Of a DNA stretch of 64,000 bases, positions 37,521 to 47,874 are shown piece by piece. The position numbers were made by a program, and so were the translations under genes. The stretch covers positions 21,846 through 85,845 of the forward strand of contig CAKPSO010000001.1 in NCBI GenBank assembly GCA_934183185.1, in the 5' to 3' direction. The notes beneath the pieces are model-generated. The model was not told the DNA's origin. It was given only the letters and a program-made list of their open reading frames with translations, and made no database searches. Origin of the DNA: an uncultured Bacilli bacterium (GTDB lineage: Bacteria > Bacillota_I > Bacilli_A > RF39 > UBA660). The first letter of the stretch is position 1. Every line of letters begins with the position of its first letter.

Positions 37521-39458
37521 CTAAATATCAATATTCTGCACATAATCAGCATTTTCTTCTATAAACTTACGCCTAGGCTCAACTTCATCACCCATTAATT
37601 TTTCAAAAATAGAATCAGCCGCTACACAATCTTCAACTGTAATTTTTCTCAATACTCTCTTTTCAATATCCATAGTTGTTTCATTTAATTCTTCAGCATC
37701 CATTTCTCCTAAACCTTTCATACGAGCTATTTCTGCCTTAGAACGAACATTTTCGGGTAACGTTACTAAATAATCAGCCAACTCTTCATCATTTAACACA
37801 TATTTTCTAGTTTTACCATGTTGAATTCTATAAAGTGGTGGTTGAGCAGCATAAACATGCCCAGCCTCAACAATAGGTCTAAAGAAGCGATAAAATAATG
37901 TTAGTAATAATACACGAATATGTGAACCATCAACATCGGCATCAGTCATAATAATAATCTTATCATAACGTAATTTAGATAAATCAAAGTATTCCCCGAT
38001 ACCAGTACCAAAAGCTGTAATAATAGTTTTGATTTCCTCATTGCCAAGTGCTTTATCCACTCTAGCCTTCTCAACATTCAAAATTTTACCTCTAAGTGGT
38101 AAAATAGCCTGAGTCATAGAATCTCTACCCTTTTTAGCAGATCCACCTGCACTATCCCCTTCGACTATGAATATTTCTGAAACACTAGGATCCTTACTCT
38201 TACAATCAGATAACTTTCCAAAGAAATTAGTTACAGCCAAATCACTTTTTCTAGTAGCTTCTCTTGCACGTTTAGCAGCCATTCTAGCATTTCTAGCTAA
38301 AATAGCTTTATTAACTATAATTTTAGCCTCATCAGGATTTTCTAATAAAAATCTTTCAAATCCTTCTGAAAAAACACTATCAGCAAGTCCACGTACTTCT
38401 GAATTACCTAATCTTCCCTTAGTTTGACCCTCAAACTGAGGATTTGGATGCTTACATGAAATAATCATAGTAAGTCCTTCTTTAACATCATCCTCTTTTA
38501 AATTTTCATCTTTGTCTTTCAACATATTATTCTTACGAGCATAATTATTAATTACCCTAGATAAAGCCCTTTTAACACCATCTTCATGAGTACCACCATC
38601 ATGAGTATTAATATTATTAACAAAAGAATAAATATTAGTATTATAAGAAGTATTATACTGCATAGCTACTTCAAAAAATACATTATCTTTTTCTCCACTT
38701 AAATGAATAATATCATCATGTATAGGAGTCTTCTCCTGATTTATAAATCTAACATACTCGCTTATACCACCTTCATACAAGAATGTTTCACCAGTAGTAT
38801 CTTCAAGATCTCTATCATCTCTTATATTAATTGATAAACCTCTATTTAAAAATGCCAATTCTCTTACTCTAACTTTCAAAGTTTCATAATCATAAATATC
38901 AGTATCAAATATATCAGGATCAGGTTTAAATGTAACTGTAGTTCCTGTTCTAGATTCTTCACAATCACCTATTACATGAAGTGGTTCTACTGTATGTCCA
39001 CCATTTTCAAATCTAATTTTATATATTTTACTATTTTTATATACTGTAACTTCAACCCATTTACTAAGAGCATTAACTACACTAGCTCCAACACCATGTA
39101 ATCCTCCAGAAACTTTATAGCCTCCACCACCAAATTTACCTCCAGCATGTAAAACTGTATAAACTGTTTCAACAGTAGATATCCCTGTTTTTGGATGTAC
39201 ATCAACTGGTATTCCTCTACCATCATCTTTTACTGTAATAGAATTATCTTTGTTTATAACTACCTCTATATTATTACAGTACCCAGCTAAGGCTTCATCT
39301 ATTGCATTATCAACTATTTCCCATACTAAGTGATGCAATCCCTTAACATCTGTAGTTCCTATATACATTCCTGGCCTTTTTCTTACAGCCTCTAAACCTT
39401 CCAATACTTGAATATCAGAAGCATCATAATGATTTGTTACTTTTTCTTCTAAACTCAT
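37521..39458 (-). CDS. gyrB: DNA gyrase subunit B
   Basis: GHKL ATPase motifs ([31 protein letters not shown]), a Toprim domain ([10 protein letters not shown]), and the C-terminal tail. Confidence 0.95.
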   Translation of the reverse strand: MSLEEKVTNHYDASDIQVLEGLEAVRKRPGMYIGTTDVKGLHHLVWEIVDNAIDEALAGYCNNIEVVINKDNSITVKDDGRGIPVDVHPKTGISTVETVYTVLHAGGKFGGGGYKVSGGLHGVGASVVNALSKWVEVTVYKNSKIYKIRFENGGHTVEPLHVIGDCEESRTGTTVTFKPDPDIFDTDIYDYETLKVRVRELAFLNRGLSINIRDDRDLEDTTGETFLYEGGISEYVRFINQEKTPIHDDIIHLSGEKDNVFFEVAMQYNTSYNTNIYSFVNNINTHDGGTHEDGVKRALSRVINNYARKNNMLKDKDENLKEDDVKEGLTMIISCKHPNPQFEGQTKGRLGNSEVRGLADSVFSEGFERFLLENPDEAKIIVNKAILARNARMAAKRAREATRKSDLAVTNFFGKLSDCKSKDPSVSEIFIVEGDSAGGSAKKGRDSMTQAILPLRGKILNVEKARVDKALGNEEIKTIITAFGTGIGEYFDLSKLRYDKIIIMTDADVDGSHIRVLLLTLFYRFFRPIVEAGHVYAAQPPLYRIQHGKTRKYVLNDEELADYLVTLPENVRSKAEIARMKGLGEMDAEELNETTMDIEKRVLRKITVEDCVAADSIFEKLMGDEVEPRRKFIEENADYVQNIDI

Positions 39459-39460
39459 AC

Positions 39461-40576
39461 TTATTCCACCCTCTCTGTTACATTACCATGATCAACTATA
39501 AATATTTTGGCTTGATTAACTATTTTCTTTTGAATATTTTTCAAATCAGTAGTAGTAATAATTGTCTGAATACCATTAGGTATATATTCAATTAGTTTAT
39601 TTCTCTTTTTAATATCTAATTCACTAAATATATCATCTAGTAATAAAATTGGACTTGTACCAATTTCTTGATTAAAAAATGAAACTTCTGCTAATTTAAA
39701 GGCAATAATAGCTACTCTTTGTTGACCTTGTGAAGCATAATACTTCATGTTATTATCACCTATAAAAAAAGAAAAATCATCACGATGTGGTCCATACAAA
39801 GTAATACCTTGCATAATTTCCTTTTTTATATTTGACTTCAACTTTTTTGAAAATTGCTCAATAATTTTTTCTTCTTCAAAACTACCTAAATCAATATTGT
39901 TTTCATAAATAATATTAAGATCACTAAGACCCATTATATCTTTATAAATCAATGAAATCTTAGAATTAATATAATCTAAATACTTTTTTCTAAAAATATA
40001 TATTTTAGTACCTCTATCAATCAATTTTTCATCGATTACTTCTAAATATCTTAAATCAGAAAAACCATTAATATTCATCTGTTTCAAGTATTCATTTCTA
40101 GTTTTCAATAGTTTATTATATTCATTTAAACAAGTTACATATTTTGGATATAATTGACTAATTTGAACATTTAATAGATTTCTTCTAATTTGGGGAGAAC
40201 CTTTAATAATATCTAAATCAGTAGGTGCAAACATAATAACATTCATACTAGATATATATGAAGCTATTTTTTTTACTTCTTTTTGATTTATAAACACTTG
40301 TTTATTTTCATTATCAAATTTTATCATCAATTCTTTTAAATTATCCTTAGTCCTAAGTGTCCCTTGTACCTTGCATGTAGAATATCCACTTTGAATAATA
40401 CTACTTTCAAACCCTAAGCGATACGATTTAGTAAGTGCAAGCATATATATACTTTCTAAAATATTTGTTTTTCCTTGAGCATTATCACCAATAAAAATAT
40501 TAATCTTATCACATAGTTTTATTTTTTGTTTTTTATAATTTCTAAAATGATCTAACTCAATTTTTGATAAATACAT
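39461..40576 (-). CDS. recF: DNA replication and repair protein RecF
   Basis: Walker [15 protein letters not shown], the ABC signature and the D-loop. Synteny dnaN-x-recF-gyrB. Confidence 0.9.
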   Translation of the reverse strand: MYLSKIELDHFRNYKKQKIKLCDKINIFIGDNAQGKTNILESIYMLALTKSYRLGFESSIIQSGYSTCKVQGTLRTKDNLKELMIKFDNENKQVFINQKEVKKIASYISSMNVIMFAPTDLDIIKGSPQIRRNLLNVQISQLYPKYVTCLNEYNKLLKTRNEYLKQMNINGFSDLRYLEVIDEKLIDRGTKIYIFRKKYLDYINSKISLIYKDIMGLSDLNIIYENNIDLGSFEEEKIIEQFSKKLKSNIKKEIMQGITLYGPHRDDFSFFIGDNNMKYYASQGQQRVAIIAFKLAEVSFFNQEIGTSPILLLDDIFSELDIKKRNKLIEYIPNGIQTIITTTDLKNIQKKIVNQAKIFIVDHGNVTERVE

Positions 40577-40669
40577 AAAAAGCCCCCAAAAAACTCATAT
40601 AATCACCTTTTAATAAAATTAATACACCTATACTTGCACATATATTATACCACAGTAACAGCCTAAAAT

Positions 40670-40712
40670 CACACAAAAAAAGAAAAAGCAGCTATTTTTT
40701 TTCTGCTTTTCT
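40670..40712 (-). terminator. Rho-independent terminator of the ComK-like gene (AGAAAAGCAG-loop-CUGCUUUUUCU followed by a U7 run)
   Basis: Inverted repeat agaaaaagcag/ctgcttttct at 40681-40712 overlapping the last codons of the ORF, with an A-run at 40674-40680 on the plus strand. Confidence 0.6.
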
Positions 40713-41144
40713 ACTATTTATTAAATATTTTAATCGTGTAGCTCTCAAAATCTGATTATCAAGTGAATTTTTTGAAGTATCTATAGTTATATGCTTACCA
40801 TTAATAAGTGTAACATTAGCCTTATTATTCTTTTTTTCTATGGAACTTATAGAATTCAAAGAAAACCAACCACAACACTTAGTAATAGGAGAGGCCGTTG
40901 GAAAGAATATTAATTCATTACTCTCCTCTACTATAATTGGAACTTTATAATTACATCCCAATAGTTTTCTACTACCATCTACTCTACCTTGATAACTACT
41001 ACCAAAGTAACTACAACTATTTTCCATTACTTCATAGGCATGTTCCCCGATAATAAAATCACTATCATTCTCAATAACTCTAGTTTTACCATTTTTTAAG
41101 CCTATAATAGCTAAAGTATTATTACCTAATTCATATTTACTCAT
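40692..41144 (-). CDS. comK: ComK-family competence transcription factor-like protein
   Basis: NSCSYFGSSYQGRVDGSRKLLGCNYKVPIIVEESNELIFFPTASPITKCCGWFSL aligns with B. subtilis ComK (RSCRFFGSSYAGRKAGTYEVTKISHKPPIMVDPSNQIFLFPTLSSTRPQCGWISH). ATG at 41144 with an AGGGGGA RBS. The ORF-track start is a GTG. Confidence 0.6.
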   Translation of the reverse strand: MSKYELGNNTLAIIGLKNGKTRVIENDSDFIIGEHAYEVMENSCSYFGSSYQGRVDGSRKLLGCNYKVPIIVEESNELIFFPTASPITKCCGWFSLNSISSIEKKNNKANVTLINGKHITIDTSKNSLDNQILRATRLKYLINSRKAEKK

Positions 41145-41243
41145 TATTTTTCCCCCTAACACTTCTAATTCGAATTAGTGCCATATATTATAATCACACT
41201 AGATGTCGAATAATAAGTATTTATGGGTAATATCTAACTTTTA

Positions 41244-42365
41244 TTAATAAGTACGAATTGGTAACACTAATTGAGTTAAGCCTTCATCTTTTTTAGATTT
41301 TAAAATAATAGGTTTAACTTCTCCAACAAAAGAAATTTCTACTTCATCATCATCAAAAGCTTTTAAAGCCTCCATCATGTATTTAGCTACAAAAGAAATT
41401 TTCAAATTTTCTTCGTTATTTTTTTCAATAGTCATCTTTTCTTCTACCTTACCAATCTCAGCACTACTACTCTTAACATATAATTTATTATCATCTATCT
41501 CAAATGTTACTATATTCTTTTCTTTATCACTAGTTAAAATACTAGCACGATCAATTACATTATATAAATCACTTATATTAGCCTTAATAGACAACATAAA
41601 CTCTTCAGGAAGTAAATTTGAAGTATTAGGATAAGTTCCACTAATCAATCTAGATTGGAATAGTAAATTCTGATATTTAATTAAAATTTTATTATTAAAT
41701 ACATGTAATTCTAAATTATCCTCACTATCATCCATTATCTTAATAAATTCTAATAAATTTTTACTTGGAATAACTATATTATAATTATCATTTATAGTTT
41801 CATTTAAACGAATAACTTTTCTAGCCAATCTATAAGAGTCTGTAGAATTACATTCTAATATATCTCCTAATATTTTAAAATTAATACCTGTAAGTATTGG
41901 TCTAGATTCATCATTACTAGATGCAAATGATGTTTGACTAATTATAGACTTAAATACTCTAGCTGCAACAGTAACTGGACTTTTACTTTCTTCTAAATTA
42001 ATACTAGGATACTCATTTTTATTAATACCATTTAAATTAAATTCACTATTTTCTGTGTAAATAATTATTTTCAAATCATCTACAACTTCTATATTAATAT
42101 ATTCATCAGGTAATTTACGAACTATATCTAATATATATTTTCCTTGTATAATAATAGATCCTTCTTGATCTATATTCATATCTTCATCTTTTTCTATAAA
42201 TACTTTAATAGTAATATCATTATCACTAGCAGTAAGTGTAAGTCCATTATTATCTAAATCAAATTTAATTCCTGCAAGAACAGGGACTAAATTTTTTGTA
42301 CTAATTGCTTTTGATACTTTATTTAAACCATCTAATAAAACCTCTTTTTTAATTTTTAATTTCAT
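41244..42365 (-). CDS. dnaN: DNA polymerase III beta sliding clamp
   Basis: 373 aa with the three-domain beta-clamp pattern. Lies immediately downstream of dnaA. Confidence 0.95.
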   Translation of the reverse strand: MKLKIKKEVLLDGLNKVSKAISTKNLVPVLAGIKFDLDNNGLTLTASDNDITIKVFIEKDEDMNIDQEGSIIIQGKYILDIVRKLPDEYINIEVVDDLKIIIYTENSEFNLNGINKNEYPSINLEESKSPVTVAARVFKSIISQTSFASSNDESRPILTGINFKILGDILECNSTDSYRLARKVIRLNETINDNYNIVIPSKNLLEFIKIMDDSEDNLELHVFNNKILIKYQNLLFQSRLISGTYPNTSNLLPEEFMLSIKANISDLYNVIDRASILTSDKEKNIVTFEIDDNKLYVKSSSAEIGKVEEKMTIEKNNEENLKISFVAKYMMEALKAFDDDEVEISFVGEVKPIILKSKKDEGLTQLVLPIRTY

Positions 42366-42505
42366 ATTATATTCCTTCTTTCTTAATTAATATTATTATT
42401 ATTACAGTGGAAACTGTGAATAACTCTTAAAATCCTTTTATTATATATATTTTTATCAACTATTACTTGTGGATAATTTATGTAAAAAGTAATAGTTTTA
42501 CACAA
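42366..42505. promoter_or_regulatory. oriC: dnaA-dnaN intergenic DnaA-box cluster / AT-rich unwinding region (second half of a bipartite oriC)
   Basis: Perfect box complement TGTGGATAA at 42468-42476. Weaker boxes AGTGGAAAC/TGTGAATAA at 42400-42424. An (AT)n tract ttatatatatttttatc at 42441-42457. Confidence 0.6.
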
Positions 42506-43882
42506 TCACACTATTTCTTTCTTTAATTTTTCAATTATATTGGCTAATTCTTTATTAGACAACATCTCCCTCTCTATCTTTTCGACAGAATGCATTACTG
42601 TTGAGTGATCTTTACCTCCAAATTCAATTCCTATTTTAGGAAATGATTCATTAGTAAGTTTTCTACATAAATACATAGCTACTTGCCTAGGAAATGCTAA
42701 ATTAGCACTTCTTTTCTTAGATTTCATATCATCTACTGATATTTGAAAGTGTTCAGCAACTATTCTTTGAATTCTATTAATATTATTTTTTTCACTATAT
42801 CCTTTATTTACATAATCTTTCAATACTTCTATAGCTAAATCAAGTGTTATATCAGTACCACCCATTATTGTGGAATAAGCTAACAGTCTAGTAATTGAAC
42901 CTTCCAGATGTCGCACATCACTTCCTACGTTAGAGGCAATATACTCAATAACGTCATCAGGTATATTTTTATTAATAGAATCCCCTATTATCTTCTTTTT
43001 AAGAATAGCTACGCGTAAATCAAAATCAGGTGGATAAATATCAGCGGTCAAACCCCAACAGAATCTAGTTCTAAGTCTATCTTCTAATAGTTTTAAATCA
43101 TCTGGTGATCTATCTGAAGATATTATTATTTGCTTATTATCATTATATAAAGTAGTAAATGTATGGAAAAATTCATTTTGTGTTTGAGTAGCTCCCTGAA
43201 AAAACTGTATATCATCAATAATTAAAACATCTATATTTCTATATTTATCTTTAAAGTAATTAACATAGTCAAAGTTTTTACCATGCTCATCCTTTTTATT
43301 AATACCAAGAAAATCATTTATAAATTGATCACTAGAAACATATAAAACTTTCTTATTACTATGCTGTTCAATATAATTACCAATTGCATGCATCAAATGT
43401 GTCTTCCCTAGTCCACTATTTCCATATATAAATAGTGGATTATAAATATTTCCAGGATTTTCTGCTACATCCAAAGCAGCTGCTTGTGCAAAACGATTAC
43501 TATTACCAACTATAAAATTTTCAAATGTATAATTTGGATTAAGGTTAGATTTATGTTTTCTTTCAATATTATTTTCTGCTTGATTATCAAATAAAGAAAT
43601 TCTCTCTTCTCTAACTACTTTTTCTTCTGTTTCAATTTCTTCTTTTAAGAAAAACTGAATGTCAACATTGTCACCTATAATATCAGATAATGTACTAGTA
43701 ATTAAATCATAATATCTAGTAGCTAAATGTCTTTTAAACATTCCCATGGGAACTATAATTTTAGCTACGCCATCTTTATATTCATACAATTCTGTATCTT
43801 TAAACCAGGTATTAAAGGATAATGGTGTCATTTCATTTTTTATACTGTTTAAAAAATTAGACCAAATGATTTTCACATTCAT
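42506..43882 (-). CDS. dnaA: Chromosomal replication initiator protein DnaA
   Basis: AAA+ Walker A (GNSGLGKTHLMHAIG), Sensor/Box VII, and the C-terminal DnaA signature (HSTVMHS). True start MNVKIIWSNFL... at 43882 with a GGGGAGGGATAAT RBS. The 96-nt extension in the ORF track is an artefact running into DnaA boxes. Confidence 0.95.
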   Translation of the reverse strand: MNVKIIWSNFLNSIKNEMTPLSFNTWFKDTELYEYKDGVAKIIVPMGMFKRHLATRYYDLITSTLSDIIGDNVDIQFFLKEEIETEEKVVREERISLFDNQAENNIERKHKSNLNPNYTFENFIVGNSNRFAQAAALDVAENPGNIYNPLFIYGNSGLGKTHLMHAIGNYIEQHSNKKVLYVSSDQFINDFLGINKKDEHGKNFDYVNYFKDKYRNIDVLIIDDIQFFQGATQTQNEFFHTFTTLYNDNKQIIISSDRSPDDLKLLEDRLRTRFCWGLTADIYPPDFDLRVAILKKKIIGDSINKNIPDDVIEYIASNVGSDVRHLEGSITRLLAYSTIMGGTDITLDLAIEVLKDYVNKGYSEKNNINRIQRIVAEHFQISVDDMKSKKRSANLAFPRQVAMYLCRKLTNESFPKIGIEFGGKDHSTVMHSVEKIEREMLSNKELANIIEKLKKEIV

Positions 43883-44259
43883 ATTATCCCTCCCCTGCAT
43901 AAGAATAATTTGTAAGTCATATTGTAACTTAATTTTGTGGAAAAATAAATAGATAAAATTAACTTTTTTTAAATACACAGCATGTCCACAATATATTCAC
44001 ATATTTTTCAACAAAAAATCATCTATATTATATAAGAAAATTGATTAATTATCAACAGATTAGAAAAAAATATAAAATAACATGTTGAAAAAGTTATGCA
44101 CATGCCTGTGGAAAATGTGGAAAACTAAATTCATAGATAGGATTACTTCTTAAACAATATTAAAAAATTTAAAATTTTAAACATTTATGTGGAAAATAAT
44201 TGACAAAAATGTATTTTATCTTATATACTAATGTAGATTTTACGACTGGAGGTGGAATT
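43883..44259. promoter_or_regulatory. oriC: oriC: DnaA-box cluster between dnaA and rpmH (point of gene-orientation switch)
   Basis: TGTGGAAAA at 43936-43944, 44107-44115, 44116-44124 (a tandem pair) and 44188-44196. TGTCCACA at 43983-43990. AT-rich spacer. rpmH promoter TTGACA(44200-44205)-N17/18-TATACT. Confidence 0.8.
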
Positions 44260-44382
44260 ATGAAAAGAACTTATCAACCAAATAATAGAAAAATGAAAAA
44301 GAAACATGGATTTTTTGCAAGAATGAAGTCTAACGTATTAAATCGTCGTAGAGCAAAAGGTCGTAAAAGATTATCTAAGTAA
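44260..44382 (+). CDS. rpmH: 50S ribosomal protein L34
   Basis: [40 protein letters not shown] is canonical L34. GGAGGTG RBS. The ORF-track start at 44200 is an upstream in-frame ATG sitting within the promoter. Confidence 0.9.
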   Translation: MKRTYQPNNRKMKKKHGFFARMKSNVLNRRRAKGRKRLSK

Positions 44383-44384
44383 AA

Positions 44385-44411
44385 GCCACTGTGTGCATAG
44401 TGGTTTTTTTT
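44385..44411 (+). terminator. Hairpin plus T-run between rpmH and rnpA (terminator/attenuator)
   Basis: CCACU-gugugcau-AGUGG followed by a U8 run. Confidence 0.55.
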
Positions 44412-44438
44412 CTATTATATTAAAATGCAGGTGATAAA

Positions 44439-44795
44439 TTGAAAAAGTATAATGTCTTAAAGGAAAACAACGATTTTCAACAAATAATTACTAAAAGTAA
44501 TTTTAAAAAAGATTGTAACATAGTACTTTATTATAGAAAAAATAATTTAGACCATTATCGTTTTGGTATATCTGTTGGTAAAAAAATTGGTAATGCAGTA
44601 ACAAGAAATTATTATAAAAGAATCTTAAGAAATATCGTGGATCATAATAAAAAACTATGTTCAAATGACAAAGATTATATTATAATAATAAAGAAGAACT
44701 GTTTATGTGCAACATATGATCAAATAGAGAAGAGCTTTCAAAATCTAATTATAAACAGTAATAAAGGAGAAAAAAATGAAGAGAAAGAATTATAA
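44439..44795 (+). CDS. rnpA: Ribonuclease P protein component
   Basis: 118-aa basic protein with the RnpA RNR-like motif region (KKIGNAVTRNYYKRILR). TTG start with an AGGTGA RBS. Synteny rpmH-rnpA-yidC-jag. Confidence 0.85.
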   Translation: MKKYNVLKENNDFQQIITKSNFKKDCNIVLYYRKNNLDHYRFGISVGKKIGNAVTRNYYKRILRNIVDHNKKLCSNDKDYIIIIKKNCLCATYDQIEKSFQNLIINSNKGEKNEEKEL

Positions 44796-45708
44796 AAAGC
44801 TAATAATTGTCTCAAGCTTAGTACTTTTACTAACTGGATGTACAACAACACTAAAGACAGAAGATAAAAAAGTAGTAAAAAACCCAGAAACAGGACAAAG
44901 TTTAACTGCAAATATTTTATGTAGGCCAACCAACAAAGAAACAATCAAAGCTTATGAAGAAAATGGAGTGGATTTAGCAGCTATACCTAAATGTAGTGAG
45001 TTTAAAATAACAAGTGGTGGTTATGATGGACTATGGACTAGTATATTTGTTAAACCATTAGCTTTCATCATACTATTTATAAGTAAATATGTTAAAAGTG
45101 CTGGATTTGCCTTAATACTAACAAGTTTACTATTAAGATTAATCCTATACCCACTAACTAAAAAAACTGCAATGCAATCAGAATTAATAAAAAAAGCTCA
45201 ACCAGAATTAGATAGATTAGAAAAGAAATATGCTAATAAAACAGATTCAGACTCAATGATGAAAAAGAGTCAAGAAATGACTCTAATATATAAAAAGCAC
45301 AATATTAACCCAATCTCAGGATGTGCATATTCACTTATTCAATTACCATTATTTATAGCTTTCCTAGAAGCAATAAATAGGGTACCAGCTTTATTTGAAG
45401 AAAATTTCTTACTATTACAATTAGGTACAACACCATCTGTAGGTTTATTCAATAATGGAAATTGGTTATATCTTATATTAATAGTTTTAGTAGGATTAAC
45501 TACATACTTCTCATTCAACTTAAATAAAACATCATCAACGAATACTAAAGATCCAATGACTAATATGACTAACATAATGACTGGTATGATAACCGTAATG
45601 GGTATATTCATGCCAACAGCTTTATGTATTTATTGGATTACTACTAACTTATTTACTATAGCTCAAAACTTAATAGTAAAAAGAAGTAAGGAGGTATTAG
45701 CAAAATGA
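44776..45708 (+). CDS. yidC: Membrane protein insertase YidC/SpoIIIJ (lipoprotein form)
   Basis: Lipobox LLTGC, a 60-kDa inner membrane insertase core with 5 TM helices, and a conserved C-terminal basic tail. Confidence 0.85.
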   Translation: MKRKNYKKLIIVSSLVLLLTGCTTTLKTEDKKVVKNPETGQSLTANILCRPTNKETIKAYEENGVDLAAIPKCSEFKITSGGYDGLWTSIFVKPLAFIILFISKYVKSAGFALILTSLLLRLILYPLTKKTAMQSELIKKAQPELDRLEKKYANKTDSDSMMKKSQEMTLIYKKHNINPISGCAYSLIQLPLFIAFLEAINRVPALFEENFLLLQLGTTPSVGLFNNGNWLYLILIVLVGLTTYFSFNLNKTSSTNTKDPMTNMTNIMTGMITVMGIFMPTALCIYWITTNLFTIAQNLIVKRSKEVLAK

Positions 45709-46316
45709 TAAAAAATAGATATACTGGAAAGACTAGAGAAGATGCAATTAATAATGCTAAAATATCTCTTCAAGAATTAGAAGAAAATTTATATATTAAA
45801 GAAATAGAAGTAAAAAACAGTTTATTTAATAAAAAAGTTGAAATAGAAGTAATAAGACATGATGACGTAGTAGAATATATAAAAGAATATATAAAAGAGT
45901 TAGTTAAAAATATGGGCTTAGCAGTTAATTTAGAGGTTAAAAAGAGAAACGATAACATAATGTATATTCTATATACTGATAATAACTCAATTTTAATAGG
46001 AAAAAATGGTAGAACATTAGATGCAATAACTACAATAGTAAAACAAGTAGTACATAAAGAAATAGGTGAGTATTTTAAATTTACTATTGATGTAGGAGAA
46101 TACAAACAGGCTAGAGAACAAAGACTAGAATCTTTAGCTAAAAAAGTAGCTAGAGAAGTATCTACATCTAAAGTAGCTGCAAAACTAGATCCAATGAATT
46201 CATATGAAAGAAGAATTATTCATACTATTTTAGCGGATAATAAGAAAGTAACTACAGAAAGTGAAGGGGAAGAACCTAATCGCTATGTAGTAATTAAACC
46301 AAAGGAAGATGAATAA
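45705..46316 (+). CDS. khpB: RNA-binding protein Jag/KhpB (KH and R3H domains)
   Basis: A C-terminal R3H motif region (SYERRIIHTILAD) and a KH-like domain. Conserved position after yidC. Confidence 0.8.
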   Translation: MIKNRYTGKTREDAINNAKISLQELEENLYIKEIEVKNSLFNKKVEIEVIRHDDVVEYIKEYIKELVKNMGLAVNLEVKKRNDNIMYILYTDNNSILIGKNGRTLDAITTIVKQVVHKEIGEYFKFTIDVGEYKQAREQRLESLAKKVAREVSTSKVAAKLDPMNSYERRIIHTILADNKKVTTESEGEEPNRYVVIKPKEDE

Positions 46317-46374
46317 TCTTCTTTTCTTTTTACAAAAAAAATGGTAGTATATGCTATATAAAAGAGGTGTTACT

Positions 46375-47730
46375 ATGAATGATACAATCACAGCCATTTC
46401 CACAACTCAAGGAGTAGGTGCAATATCAATAATCAGAGTTAGTGGTAATGATGCCATAAAAATAGTAAATAAAATATTTAAGGGAAAAAATCTAGAAACA
46501 GTAGAAAGTCATACAATTAACTATGGACATATCATAGATAAAGATGAAGTGATTGATGAAGTATTAGTATCAGTTATGAAATCACCTAAAACTTTCACAA
46601 CAGAAGATATAGTAGAAGTTAATTGCCATGGTGGTATTTCCACTACTAATAAAGTTTTAGAACTCATATTAAATAATGGTGCTAGACTAGCTGAACCTGG
46701 AGAATTTACGAAAAGAGCCTTCTTAAATGGTAGAATAGACTTAACTCAAGCAGAATCTGTAATGGACTTAATCAATTCTAAGAATGAATCTAAAAGAAAA
46801 GTAGCCATTAAAGGTTTAAATGGTTATGTTAGCAATATTATCAGAAACTTAAGACAAGAAATACTAGAGTTACTTGCATCAATAGAAGTAAATATAGATT
46901 ATCCAGAGTATGAAGATGCAATTGTGATGACTAATGATATCGTAAAGCCAAAGATTGCTGAAATAAAAGAAAAATTAGCTAAAATTATTAATGAATCTGA
47001 AAATAGTAAGATTTTAACTAGTGGTATTAAAACTATTATTATTGGAAAACCAAATGTAGGAAAAAGTAGTATTTTAAATAGATTATTAGATGAAGAAAAA
47101 GCAATTGTTACTGATATTGAAGGAACAACTCGTGATACGGTTGAAGGTTCTATTACGATTAATGGAGTATCTTTAAATATTATTGATACAGCTGGCATTC
47201 GTGAAACAGAAGATATTGTAGAGAAAATAGGGGTAGAGAAGAGTTTAAGTTTAATTAATGAAGCTGATTTAATTATTATTGTTTTAAATAATAATGAAGA
47301 ATTAACAGAAGAAGATAAAAAAATACTAGCCTCATGCAAAGATAAAAAAGTAATTGTAGTTATTAATAAAAACGATTTAGAAAGAAAAATCAATATTAAA
47401 GACATCAATTATAAAAATATAATTTATACAAATACAGTGGATTTGTCTGGGATAGATTCTTTAAAAGAAAAGATAGTAGAATTATTTAATTTAAATGAAC
47501 TTGAACAACAAGATTATACTTATCTAAGCAATGTCAGACAAATTTCACTAGCAAAAGAAGCTAATAGTATATTAGAAGAAGTAGATAATGGAATCAAAAA
47601 TGAAGTACCAGTTGATATGATAGAAATTGATATTAAGCGTGCCTGGGAAAAACTTGGTGAAATAATAGGTGAAACTTACACCGAAGAATTAATAGACCAA
47701 CTATTTAGTCAGTTCTGTTTAGGTAAATAA
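46375..47730 (+). CDS. mnmE: tRNA modification GTPase MnmE
   Basis: N-terminal DTITAISTTQGVGAISIIRVSG, G-domain motifs (GKPNVGKSS, DTAG, NKND), and the C-terminal CLGK. ATG at 46375 with an AAGAGGTG RBS. Confidence 0.9.
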   Translation: MNDTITAISTTQGVGAISIIRVSGNDAIKIVNKIFKGKNLETVESHTINYGHIIDKDEVIDEVLVSVMKSPKTFTTEDIVEVNCHGGISTTNKVLELILNNGARLAEPGEFTKRAFLNGRIDLTQAESVMDLINSKNESKRKVAIKGLNGYVSNIIRNLRQEILELLASIEVNIDYPEYEDAIVMTNDIVKPKIAEIKEKLAKIINESENSKILTSGIKTIIIGKPNVGKSSILNRLLDEEKAIVTDIEGTTRDTVEGSITINGVSLNIIDTAGIRETEDIVEKIGVEKSLSLINEADLIIIVLNNNEELTEEDKKILASCKDKKVIVVINKNDLERKINIKDINYKNIIYTNTVDLSGIDSLKEKIVELFNLNELEQQDYTYLSNVRQISLAKEANSILEEVDNGIKNEVPVDMIEIDIKRAWEKLGEIIGETYTEELIDQLFSQFCLGK

Positions 47731-47779
47731 AATTATAAAAAATGTTATATTAATACAAAAATTATAATTTAATATTAAA

Positions 47780-47803
47780 AATTATTTCCCGGGAAATAAT
47801 TTT
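47780..47803. promoter_or_regulatory. Noc-binding-site palindrome AAATTATTTCCCGGGAAATAATTT (solo copy) upstream of the mnmG promoter
   Basis: 24-bp perfect palindrome with an NBS core, about 35 bp upstream of a GTGTATAAT -10 element at 47834-47842. Confidence 0.7.
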
Positions 47804-47874
47804 TTTCTATTTCTACTAAAAAAATTAGAAATATAGTGTATAATAATTCCAGAAAAAAGAGGAAGTGTATCAAA

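Noticed and set aside
41176-41189. The palindrome CTAATTCGAATTAG downstream of dnaN, as a terminator
   Set aside because: There is no adjacent U-run on the minus transcript. It is more likely an operator-like site upstream of the ComK-like gene, and the evidence is too weak to list as a feature.
43883-43978. The N-terminal 32 codons of the ORF-track dnaA (MYLKKVNFIYLFF...)
   Set aside because: This extension has no RBS and covers DnaA boxes. The ATG at 43882 has a strong GGGGAGGG RBS, and MNVKIIWSNFL matches DnaA N-termini.
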